Assembly: GCF_009914755.1 (NCBI RefSeq)
Contig: NC_060940.1
Strand: one strand, 5' to 3'
DNA length: 64,000 bases
DNA from: the human T2T-CHM13v2.0 reference genome, Homo sapiens
Positions 50,000 to 64,000 of the stretch are shown piece after piece (within the stretch, counting starts at the first letter, position 1; every line of letters begins with the position of its first letter). The notes under the pieces were generated by a model, which saw only the letters and a list, made by a program, of their open reading frames with translations, was not told where the DNA came from and made no database searches. Both the position numbers and the translations under genes were made by a program.

Positions 50000-50725
50000 C
50001 TAATCCACAAATAACTTCTGCAAATTGAAAAAGACTTAAAAATCCAGTACAGAAATAGGTAAAGAATAGAAGTAGGCAATCTTTAGAAGTGGAAATGCAA
50101 ATAGCCAATAAACAAATGAAATTATGCTCATTCTTTTCGGGGAAGGGGAAATGTAAATAAAAATGACAATAGATTACTTTAGAAATTAATCAATTTGACC
50201 CAAACAGAAATGATTTATTACCATCACTTATGATTGTATGGAGGAAGAAAGGACTCTCATACTTTGCTGTTATGAGTAAGAATTGCTTTAACCATTCAAG
50301 AAAAATCTGAAAGTAGCTACTGGAATTCAAAATATACTTATGCTCAGAAATTTCACTTTTGGCATGCAGAAATGGAAGTACCAATTCCACAGAAAAATGT
50401 TTATTACTTTAAGTACCTGATTCTTGCAAAAATCTGGAAACAAAATTAATATCCAAAAGCAGGGATTTATTGAATAAATTATAATGTTTTATGTTTCAGA
50501 ATTTTATGCAACTGTTGAAAAAAGCCAGGTATATGGAGAGATGCCTATACTTTCTTGTTAAGTAAAGAAGCACATTTGTGTAATATCATCCTATTTCTGA
50601 AAAAAAAAAAAAGAAAGAAAGAAAACCTTTCATCTGGTTTTCATGTATGATGCTTGCATGAACTCAGGAAAAACATGGAAAAAATACATAGTAAATTGTT
50701 GACATTAGTTACTTTGAAGGGAAGG
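50000..50725 (+). mobile_element. Old L1ME 3' region
   Basis: AAATCCAGTACAGAAATAGGTAAAG..AAATGCAAATAGCCAATAAACA..AAATTGTTGACATTAGTTAC. Confidence 0.6.
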
Positions 50726-50907
50726 CGCCATGTGACATATACTGCAACTTGAATTTGAAGTGAAAATTCATTAAAGTGCATATAAAACAGGATAACTTGT
50801 ACCTGTGTCCTTAAGACAAATTACCGCAAAGGACAGGTACAGTGTGACATCCTAAATCTTGGGGTAGGCATAAGGGGATATGCATGTCTTGTCAAGGTCT
50901 GTTTCAT

Positions 50908-51980
<1,073 letters not shown>

Positions 51981-52283
51981 GGCTGGGTGCAGTGGCTCAC
52001 GCCTGTAATCTCAGCACTTTGGGAGGCCGAGGCAGGTGGATCACCTGAGGTCAGGAGTTCGAGACCAGCCTGGCCAACACGGTGAAACCCCATCTCTACT
52101 AAAAATACAAAAATTAGCCGGGTGTGGTGGCATATGCTTGTAATCCCAGCTACTCCAGAGGCTGAGACAAGAGAATCGCTTGAACCCGGGAGGCGGAGTT
52201 GCAGCGAGCCGAGATTGTGTCATTGCACTCCAGCCTGGGTAACAGAGAGAGGCTCTGCCTCAAAAAAAAAAAAAAAAAAAAAA
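51981..52283 (+). mobile_element. AluS (no visible TSD)
   Basis: Full sense Alu with A22 tail. Confidence 0.92.
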
Positions 52284-52310
52284 TCACCAAGATGTTACAG
52301 TGTGACTCTA

Positions 52311-52763
<453 letters not shown>

Positions 52764-53431
52764 TCATTTTAAAATAGCCTCCTTAAACAGATTTTTCTAA
52801 TGTATTTGTTCTCTTCAAATTTTCTGGTGACAAATTTATTCCTATACTCAATGAATGGTTCCAGATTATAGAAAACCATGGAAAACTTTCTAATTCATTT
52901 TACGAGAACGATACAACCCTGAAATTCAATCTTGAAGAGTATAGTGGAAAAAAAATAGAACAGAAGACCAAGGCACTAGATGAAAAACTATAAATAAAAT
53001 AATAGCAAACAGAATTCAATAATACATTAATAGAGTCACTAACCATGACCAAGGAGGATTTAGCCTAGGAATGCAAAGACGTTTGTTTTTCAAATCATTT
53101 TATTAAAAAAAAAATAATAAAATCTTATAGGTTACAGTGACACTTTTTGTACCCCTCCTGGGTTTTCTTCTCTTCCTTTTTCCATCCCCTATAAATTGCA
53201 AAAACCAGAGATAAGGACTATTTTGAAGTTGGTATTTATCTTTCCAATATATGTTTCATATCCCTACCACTTTTATAAGTATCCATCAATATTTAGCTAC
53301 ATATTATCTTGTATGTTCTTTAAAATTCCATAACTGGTTTTATTCTAGGTGTGTTCCTGTGGAACTGGCTTTTGTTCATTTAGCCTTCTGTTTTTGAGAT
53401 TATCCATGTTGATACAAGTAGATCTAGCTCA

Positions 53432-53763
<332 letters not shown>

Positions 53764-53765
53764 TT

Positions 53766-54132
53766 ACATGTAGACTGAATGTTTGTGTCCCTTGTCCCCC
53801 AAATTGAAATGTTGAAATCCTAACTCCCGATTTGATAGTATTAGAAGGTAGATCCTTTGGGAAGTGATTAGGTCACGAGGGTGAAGCCTCATGAATGGAG
53901 TTAGTGCCATTACACAAACAGCCCCTGGGAGCTTTCTTTCCCTCATTCCCCCATGTAAGGATACAGCAAGAAGGTAGCCACCCGCAATCCGGAAGAGAGC
54001 CCTTACCAGAACCCGACCATGCTGGCACCCTGATCTCAGACTTCCAGCCCCCAGAACCGTGAGCAATACATTTCTGTTGTTTATAAGCTACCCAGTTTAT
54101 GATATTTTGTTATAGCAGCCTGAACTAAGACA
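53766..54132 (+). mobile_element. MLT1A0-like LTR
   Basis: AGACTGAATGTTTGTGTCCC..GCAGCCTGAACTAAGACA. Confidence 0.8.
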
Positions 54133-54739
54133 AATTTGGGTTGTTTTATTTTTTTCGGTAGCTATTATAAACAATGCTATAACAAACACGGTGCACATTT
54201 TTTACACTGCCATGTGTGAATAAGGTTGTGGCAGTTTACTGTCCTATCAACAGAGTGTGAGAGTTCTGTATTCCACATTCTTGCTAACTCTTGTGTGGGA
54301 TGCGATTTTATTCCCATTTTTATTTGCATTTCCCTGATTACTAGTGAGGTGGAAATTTTTCCAGTGTTTACTGATCTGGAGTACTTCCCATATTCAGAAT
54401 TGTCTGTCTGTATCCATTGTCTAATTTATACTAGATTTTAAAAAAATCCCTTTCCTATTGATTTGTAGGATTTCTTTTTATATTCTCAATGCCGACCCAG
54501 GACTGTTTAATAACAGGAAATCTATTAATGTATTCTATCAAAAGAAGAGATAAAAATTCTGTATGATTTAGTCAATAAGTACCAAAAGGCATTCAATAGG
54601 CCTGATATCCATTCCTGATAAAAAAGCTCTTTGAAAATTTGAGATAGAAATGTGATAAAAATATCTCTTTTAAATCAAAGTACACATCAGGCTTGAAGAA
54701 ACATCAGATATCTTCCTATTAGAGACAAGAAATGTTCAC

Positions 54740-55440
54740 TGTTATGGATTGAATTGCATTTCCACAAAATTCCTTTTTTTTTTTTTTTTTTTTGAGACAG
54801 AGTCTCACTCTGTCACCTTAGCTGGAGTGCAGTGGTGCGATCTAGGGTCACTGCAACTTTCGCCTCCTGGGTTCAGGTGATTCTCCTGCCTCAGCCTCCC
54901 GAGTAGCTGGGATTACAGGTGCTTGCCATCACGCCCAGCTAATTTTTGTATTTTTAGTAGAGACGGGGTTTAGCCATGTTGGCCAGGGTGGTCTTGAACT
55001 CCTGACCTCAGGTGATCTACCCGCCTCGGCCTCCCGAAGGGCTGGGATTACAGGTGTGAGCCACGACACCCGACCCATTTCTCCAAAATTCTTATGTTGA
55101 AGTCCTAACCCCAAATGCCTCTGAATATGTCTAGAGACATTACCTTTAAGGAGGTAAATATGTTGAAGTGAGGTCGTTATGGTGGGTACTAATCCTATAT
55201 AACTGATGTCCTTATAAAAAGAGAAAATAAGAACACTGACATGTACAGAGGCAAGACCATGTGAAGACACAGGGAGAAGATGGCCATCTGTAAGCCAAGG
55301 AGAGAGGCCTCAGAAGAAACAGACCCTGCTGACACCTTGATGTTAAGCTTCTAGCTTCTAGAACCAGGAGAAAATAAATTTCTGTTGTGTAAGCCACCTG
55401 GTTGTGGTACTTCATTAGGAAGCCCTAGTCAACTAATATC
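54740..55440 (+). mobile_element. MLT1B-like LTR with nested antisense AluS (54775-55076)
   Basis: TGTTATGGATTGAATTG..GCCCTAGTCAACTAATA; Alu TSD CATTTC(CA/TC)CAAAATTC. Confidence 0.8.
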
Positions 55441-55470
55441 CTTTCATTTACTGATCTAAGTGTGCTGTGA

Positions 55471-55764
55471 TTTTTTTTTTCTTTTGACACAGGGTCTTGC
55501 TCTGTCACCCAGGCTGGAGTGCAGTGGCATGATCTCCACTCACCGCAGCCTCAGCTTCCCAGGTTCAAGTGATCCTCCCACCTCAGCCTCCTGAGTAGCT
55601 GAGATTACAGGTGCACACCACTATACCCAGCTATTTTTTATTTTTTAAGAGATGAGGCCTCACTATATTGCTCAGGCTGGTCTTGAATTCCTGGGCTCAA
55701 GTGATCCTCCCGCCTCAGTCTCCCAAAGTGCCAGGATTACAGGCCTGAGCCCCCATTCCTGGCC
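55471..55764 (-). mobile_element. AluJ
   Basis: TSD TGCTGTGA. Confidence 0.9.
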
Positions 55765-56271
55765 TGCTGTGAAGTTTTTGACCAATGGTGTAAGTGAGAA
55801 ATAAGAGACAGAACTATGAGAATGAAAGAAACCAATTTATCATTTATAAGTGACATGATTATATGATAAGAATTATAACAATCTCAATAAGACAGTTCAG
55901 GAAAGTGGTCAGATGTGAGATAAACCTCTGAAAATCAGTAACAAATAAGGAAACGATTATTAAAAGTATTTTGTGCAATAGCAATGAAAAAATAAAATAA
56001 CCAGTCTGTATGTAACATAAGATGTACATGAGGAAAAACTATAAAAATTTACAGAGCAATACAGATGGTTTAAATAAATAAAGAGAGGTTTCAGTTGCTT
56101 GCATTGGAACCTAAAGAGTTTAGAGATTTAAATTCTTCCAAAATTAGCTGACAGACTCAACATATGGAATTTACAGTTTTTAGTAGCTTAATAAAATAAT
56201 CCTGTGGTTCAATTAGAACAATTTGAGAAAGGTGGGAACATGAGATATAATGACTTATTTCAAAGCTCTAA

Positions 56272-56676
<405 letters not shown>

Positions 56677-56755
56677 TAGCAAAAGTAGTAAATAAGGAAT
56701 AAATAACGCAAAGATAATGTTTTATTATTATTATTATTATTGAGACAGGATCTCA

Positions 56756-57812
<1,057 letters not shown>

Positions 57813-57832
57813 TAGGGTTTGTAATGTAAGTT

Positions 57833-58196
57833 TGATATGGTTTGGCTCTGTGTCCCCACCTAAATCTCACCTTGAATTGTAATTTCCATAATCCCCACGT
57901 GTCAAGGGCAGGACCAGGTGGAAGGAATTGAATCATGGGGGCAGTTTCCCCCATGCTGTTCTTGTCATAATGAGTGAGTCTCACTAGATCTGATGGTTTT
58001 ATAAGCATCTGGCATTTCCGCTGCTTGCATTCATTCTCTCTCCCACTGCCCTGTGAAGAGGTGTCTTCCACCATGATTGTAAGTTTCCTAAGGCATCCTC
58101 AGCCATGTGGAACTGTGAGTCAATTATACCTCTTTTCTTTATAAATTACCCAGTCTCAGGTATTTCTTCATAGCAGCGTGAGAATGGACTAATATG
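57833..58196 (+). mobile_element. THE1C-like solo LTR (within transduced DNA)
   Basis: TGATATGGTTTGGCTCTGTGTCCCCAC..GAGAATGGACTAATA; 5-bp TSD AAGTT 57828-57832 / 58197-58201. Confidence 0.88.
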
Positions 58197-58441
58197 AAGT
58201 TTTAATTTAGATAAGTCCATCTTCAAATAATACTATACTCCTTCATGTTTTTTGCTAGAACCTCATGCCAGTGTTTTCCCAATTCCTCCTTCCCACCCCT
58301 TGTGCCATTGTTGTTATACACTTTACTCTTACATATGATACAAATACATAAACATTGTCACTATTAGTTATTTAACTTTTATAGCAACTAGAAGAAATTT
58401 TAAAAACTATTTTATTACTGATGTTTTAAAAATTTATTTAT

Positions 58442-58762
58442 GGCCAAGAGCGGTGGCTCACGCCTGTAATCCCAGCAACTTTGGGAGGCCGAGGCGGGCA
58501 GATCACAAGGTCAGGAGATCAAGACCATCCTGGCTAACACGGTGAAACCCCGTCTCTACTAAAAATACAAAAAATTAGCCAGGCGAGGTGGCGGGTGCCT
58601 GTAGTCCCAGCTACGCAGGAGGCTGAGGCAGGAGAAGGCGTGAACACCGCGGGGCGGAGCCTGCAGTGAGCCGAGATCGCGCCACTGCACTACAGCCTGG
58701 GTGAAAGAACGAGACTCCGTCTCAAAAAAAAAAAAATAAAATAAAATAAAAAAATAAAAATT
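58442..58762 (+). mobile_element. AluY (Ye-like), within transduced DNA
   Basis: GGCGAGGTGGCGGG and GGGGCGGAGCCTGCAG diagnostics; tail contains repeated AATAAA. Confidence 0.85.
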
Positions 58763-59182
58763 AAAAAAAAAAAAAAAAGTAGCTGGGACTACAGTCTTGT
58801 GCAGCTATGCCTGCCTAATTCTTGTTTTTTGTTTTTCTGTAGAGACGAGGTCTTGTTATGTTGCCCAGGTTGGTCTCCAACTCCTGGCCTTAAGTGATCC
58901 TCCTGCCTTAGCCTCCTCAAGTGCTGGGGTTACAGGCATGAGCCACCATGCCCCACCCAAAGAAAATATTTAAAAAATCAAAGAGCAAGTGGAACTTGGA
59001 GCAAAGGAGCAACATAGATCTAGTAAGGCCAGAATAGGCTGTGAATACAGTTGCTGGAAAGTTAGAGGAATCTACAGTGTCTGCCTCTGACCCTCATCTT
59101 CCCTTTGCATCTATTCCTGCTGGCTTTGGGGCAGGGCTGTGGGATGGTCACCCTAGGCATTCCATCCTTATTTCTCCTCCAG

Positions 59183-59366
59183 CTGGCTGCATAGAGTTTC
59201 TATAAGGGCCCCTCATGGAAAGACTTCGTGCGATAAAAGTCAGACTTGAGATGAGTGTTTCCTAGAACTCATGCAGCTCAGGGCCCTATGGTTGCCTGTA
59301 CATAGCACGAGTACTTCTTAAGAAATCACTTGTGGGATGTGTGCTCCCCAGGTGAGTGCTCCACAG
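59183..59366 (+). other. Candidate non-coding exon with alternative donors
   Basis: Acceptor TCCTTATTTCTCCTCCAG| (59182); donors CAG|GTGAGT (after 59351) and CAG|GTAAGT (after 59366); stops in all three frames. Confidence 0.35.
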
Positions 59367-59511
59367 GTAAGTCCACTGGCTCATTCCCTGAGGTAGCAGA
59401 ACTGGTGTAGGAGGCACAAGTTTTCCAGGAGTCCTGCTTGTGATGGCCTAGGCTTCACCCTACCCCTCCTCTCAACAACAGAGCAGGACAAGGAGGAAGG
59501 AAGCCAGCTGG

Positions 59512-59784
59512 GGCCAGGCGCAGTGGCTCACACCTGTAATCCCAGCATTTTGGGAGGCCAAGGTAGGGGAATCACTTGAGGTCAGGAGTTGGAGACCAGC
59601 ATGGCCAACATGGTGAAACCCTGTCTCTACTAAAAATACAAAAATTAGCCAGGCGTGGTGGCGTGCACCTGTAGTCCCAGCTACTCAGGTGGCTGAGGCA
59701 GGAGAATTGGTTCAACCCAGGAGGCAGAGGTTGCAGTGAGTTTGCAGTGAGACTCTGTCTCAAAAAAAAAAAAAAAAAAAAAAA
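59512..59784 (+). mobile_element. AluS with right-arm deletion
   Basis: TTGCAGTGAG-TTTGCAGTGAG-ACTCTG replaces the normal right-arm segment. Confidence 0.9.
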
Positions 59785-59966
59785 GACGGAAGGATGCCAG
59801 GGGTCTTTGCAAGCTGGCTGTGGGAGTGGGAGGATCCCGGGAGTCCCACTCAACCATCTGGAATAGGTCTCCAACTTGTGAGTGGGGTGGATGGTATAGA
59901 AATGTCCTGAAGGAGTAGGAGGAGGAGTTATGAGGAAACGCTCGCTGTGCAATGTATGTTCTAGAA

Positions 59967-60192
59967 CAGGAATTGGCAAACTTCTTCTGTAAAGGGACAG
60001 ACAGTAAATATTTTAGGCTCTGTGGACCATCTGGTCTCTTTTGGCAAGGACTCAGCCCTGCCCTTGGAGTGGGAAAACAGCCATAGGCAGTAGGTAAACA
60101 AATGGTCATGTTTTATGTTCCAATAAAACTTTATTTACAAAAACAAGGGCAGGTGGGATTTTGCCCACAGGCCATCGTTTGCAGATCTCTGG
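59967..60192 (+). mobile_element. MER58A
   Basis: CAGGAATTGGCAAACTTC..CCAATAAAACTTTATTTACAAAAACA; 8-bp TSD TT(C/T)TAGAA. Confidence 0.85.
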
Positions 60193-60224
60193 TTTTAGAA
60201 CTTGTTTTCATAGTTAGACCCATC

Positions 60225-60360
60225 TCCACTGCTTCCTTGTAAGTCATTGGCAAATATTTCTGAGATTCTGTTTCCTCAAGTCTAAAGTGGGGGTGATAAT
60301 AGGTCTGTCTCCTAATGTTGTACATAGTAAGTGCTCCAGAAATGGTATCTGTTGTTGCTT
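60225..60360 (+). mobile_element. MIR
   Basis: TTGGCAAATATTTCTGAGATTCTGTTTCCTCAAGTCTAAAGTGGGG..CATAGTAAGTGCTC. Confidence 0.65.
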
Positions 60361-61233
60361 GGTTGTTAACTTCTTCATTATGATTATTATTTCTTGTGAG
60401 GAACAGAAGGTACTCAGGAAAGTCACCCTAGGACAAACACGATCTCCCCTCCTGGCTTAAAAATAAAATGGGAACACTGATTCTACTTAACACTTCTGTC
60501 AGTAGGCATGAGTCTCTAACATTTCCAAAACCCTCTAACATCTGTTGGCAGGTCTTTGGATAGACTTAACAGTAAATCTGAATTCCTGAAGGATCCAAAC
60601 TCATTTTTGTAACTTCAAATTGGAGACTGAACTAGAGATTTTTATGGAACTGAGACAGGTCAGGACTTGATGGTGGTTTAGGAGATTAAGTCATTGTCCC
60701 CGTAAATCATATCTGACTTCTAGTTTCACAGTGTGGCAAGACCATCCTTCTGCACTCTAAATTTCTTTCTTGCCGGGCAGTCATTTGTTGCTGGACACTT
60801 AGGAAGGAACATACATTTTCCTTTTACCTCTCTGTGTGCTGCCCGAACATCCCCAAGTCCCTGCGCTGGGGACTGCCTGTGTGGTGGCTCTGTTTGTCAC
60901 TGTGAGGACCCAACATGTGGTCTCTGAAAAGCTGGCTTTTATTTAATCAAAGGGCCTCTGGCACTAAGATGTCCAAATTATTTTATTTGATTTTTTCAGA
61001 GCCAATAAATCAGAGTCTGAGATATATCTTGCAGCCATCTCCTTACCTGTATCCCTACCGCCTTGATAGAGGCCATTGTGTTGCCTTCCTGGATTATTTT
61101 CACAGCCTCCAGACTGAACTCTACGCTTCTGCTCTTACGGGTCCTCACCACAGCCTCCCCACCGCCCCCATCATCACACAGCAGCCAAAGTGGTCTTGGA
61201 AACATGAAGATCAGATTACATTAAAACTTTTTA

Positions 61234-61872
<639 letters not shown>

Positions 61873-62047
61873 TAGAATAAAATCCCAACTTCCTGTGGAG
61901 GGTGGTACATGAGGGCCTGCATCATCTTGTCCACTTCTACCTCCTGGCCCACTGGGTACCAGCCACATGGATCTGTTTCACATTTCTCAAATAAAAGCCC
62001 TCCTGCCTCAGGACTGTGTACATGCTGATCCCTCTGAGGTGACACTT

Positions 62048-62500
62048 GTGTTAATTTCCTCTTTGTGCTGTGACTTCATGACCACGGACTTAGTGGCTTA
62101 AAACAACACACATTTCTTATCTTCCAGTTCTGTAGGTCAGAAGTCCAAGATGGATCTCCCTGGGCTAAAATCAAGGGGCATTCTTTCTGGAGGCTCTCAG
62201 GATAATCTGTTTCCTTGCCTTTTCCAGAGGTACAGGCAGCCTGCATGCCTTGGCTCATGGCTGCATCACTCTGACCTCTGCCTCCATCATCACGTCTCCT
62301 TCTCTGACCACCCCCCTGTCTCCCTCCTTCCCTTATTAAGGACCCTTGTGATTACAGTGGAACAACCTAAATCATCCAGGATGATCACCCACCTCATGAT
62401 TCTTAGTTTAATCACATCCAGAAAGTCTTTACTGCCATGTGAGGTTACATGTTCACAGGTTCTGGTGATCGGGACGTGAACATCTCTAGGGGCCACTGTG
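62048..62500 (-). mobile_element. MLT1D-like LTR
   Basis: CTTAGTGGCTTAAAACAACACACATTT..GGACCCTTGTGATTACA..CATCTCTAGGGGCCA. Confidence 0.8.
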
Positions 62501-62832
62501 CTCTTGTGAAACAGCTGATCCCTCTCCATCTTCTGGTCTTGATTTAAATGCACCTTCCTTAGAGAGGCTTTTGCCAACACCATCTGCATTGACTTCTGAT
62601 TTTCTCTTCCACAACACCCTGTTATTTTGCTTTATAGCAATTCCTTCAATAAACATGTCTCTATTATGTAAGCCTTTTTAAAATTAGGTAGTCTGTGTCC
62701 TAAAGCTGAAGACATCCTTGCTACAAAAACCTTAACAGCCTGCACCTCAGCCCCCTAAGATCCTCTAGTCAGAGGAACCTCCTTCTCTCCACCCAAAAGC
62801 TTGGTTCTGCCCTGCCCTGGTCGCACATAACA

Positions 62833-62852
62833 TCTTTTCTTCTTCTTCTTCC

Positions 62853-62896
<44 letters not shown>

Positions 62897-62936
62897 TTCT
62901 TCTTCTTCTTCTTCTTCTTCTTCCTCTTCCTCCTCT

Positions 62937-62968
<32 letters not shown>

Positions 62969-62972
62969 CTCT

Positions 62973-63004
<32 letters not shown>

Positions 63005-63008
63005 TTCT

Positions 63009-63020
<12 letters not shown>
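62833..63020. repeat. Compound (TTC)/(CTC) repeat forming an AluJ tail
   Basis: ~185 bp pure pyrimidine tract. Confidence 0.97.
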
Positions 63021-63252
<232 letters not shown>

Positions 63253-63581
63253 AGAAGGAGCAGGAGCATCTTAAAGATGATTTTGGCTTACCCCCAAGTC
63301 AGTCTTGCTGCTGAGCTCCAATGTCCAGTTTGGTTGGGATCTCAGTGGCACAGACTTCTCATGCTGTCTCAGTGGGGCACTGGGCTAGTCGGGGAGAAGG
63401 TTCAAGACTAGAGGGGCTTAGCTTGTTGACATGAATATGCCCTGCCAGTTACAGTGTTACTAGCAGGACTTTATCCTTGTCTGAATCAGCAAATGGCCTG
63501 TCTGGTTAGAGTGCTTGCATGCTCTAAAATGTATGATCTTAATCACAGCTCAGTGAGAATATTTGCAGGCAGAAGACTCTC

Positions 63582-64000
<419 letters not shown>

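Overview
Primate (very likely human) genomic DNA that is repeat-dense and apparently non-coding. I see no protein-coding exon, RNA gene, CpG island or CRISPR-like array, and I cannot name the locus. About 45 Alu/FLAM copies make up roughly a fifth of the window. The rest includes L1, L2, MIR, MaLR/ERVL/ERV1 LTRs and DNA-transposon fossils. Nearly all ORFs in the track are Alu-, L1- or microsatellite-derived artefacts. The best structure is a single ~1.93 kb L1PA2-type retrotransposition event (56844-58776) that splits an AluJ. It combines a twin-priming 5' inversion with a ~950 bp 3' transduction carrying a THE1C LTR and an AluYe-like copy, and it was apparently polyadenylated on AATAAA motifs inside that Alu's tail. 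Also notable: a second, older candidate 3' transduction (44373-45700); a second 5'-inverted L1 with a GAA tail (20100-20472); a near-full-length hAT/Charlie transposase fossil (18115-21490) and a second, deleted one (~2410-3400); an LTR47-flanked ERVL provirus remnant with pro/RT/RNaseH/IN motifs (12782-17197, minus); a pristine AluYc1 (7474-7768); an old local duplication (8111 / 9567); an MLT2 terminal hairpin; and a candidate non-coding exon with tandem consensus donors (59183-59366). Repeat subfamily names come from my recollection of consensus sequences, and boundaries are approximate unless TSDs are quoted. I found no new biological system in the gene sense; the novelty here is in the retrotransposition and rearrangement history.
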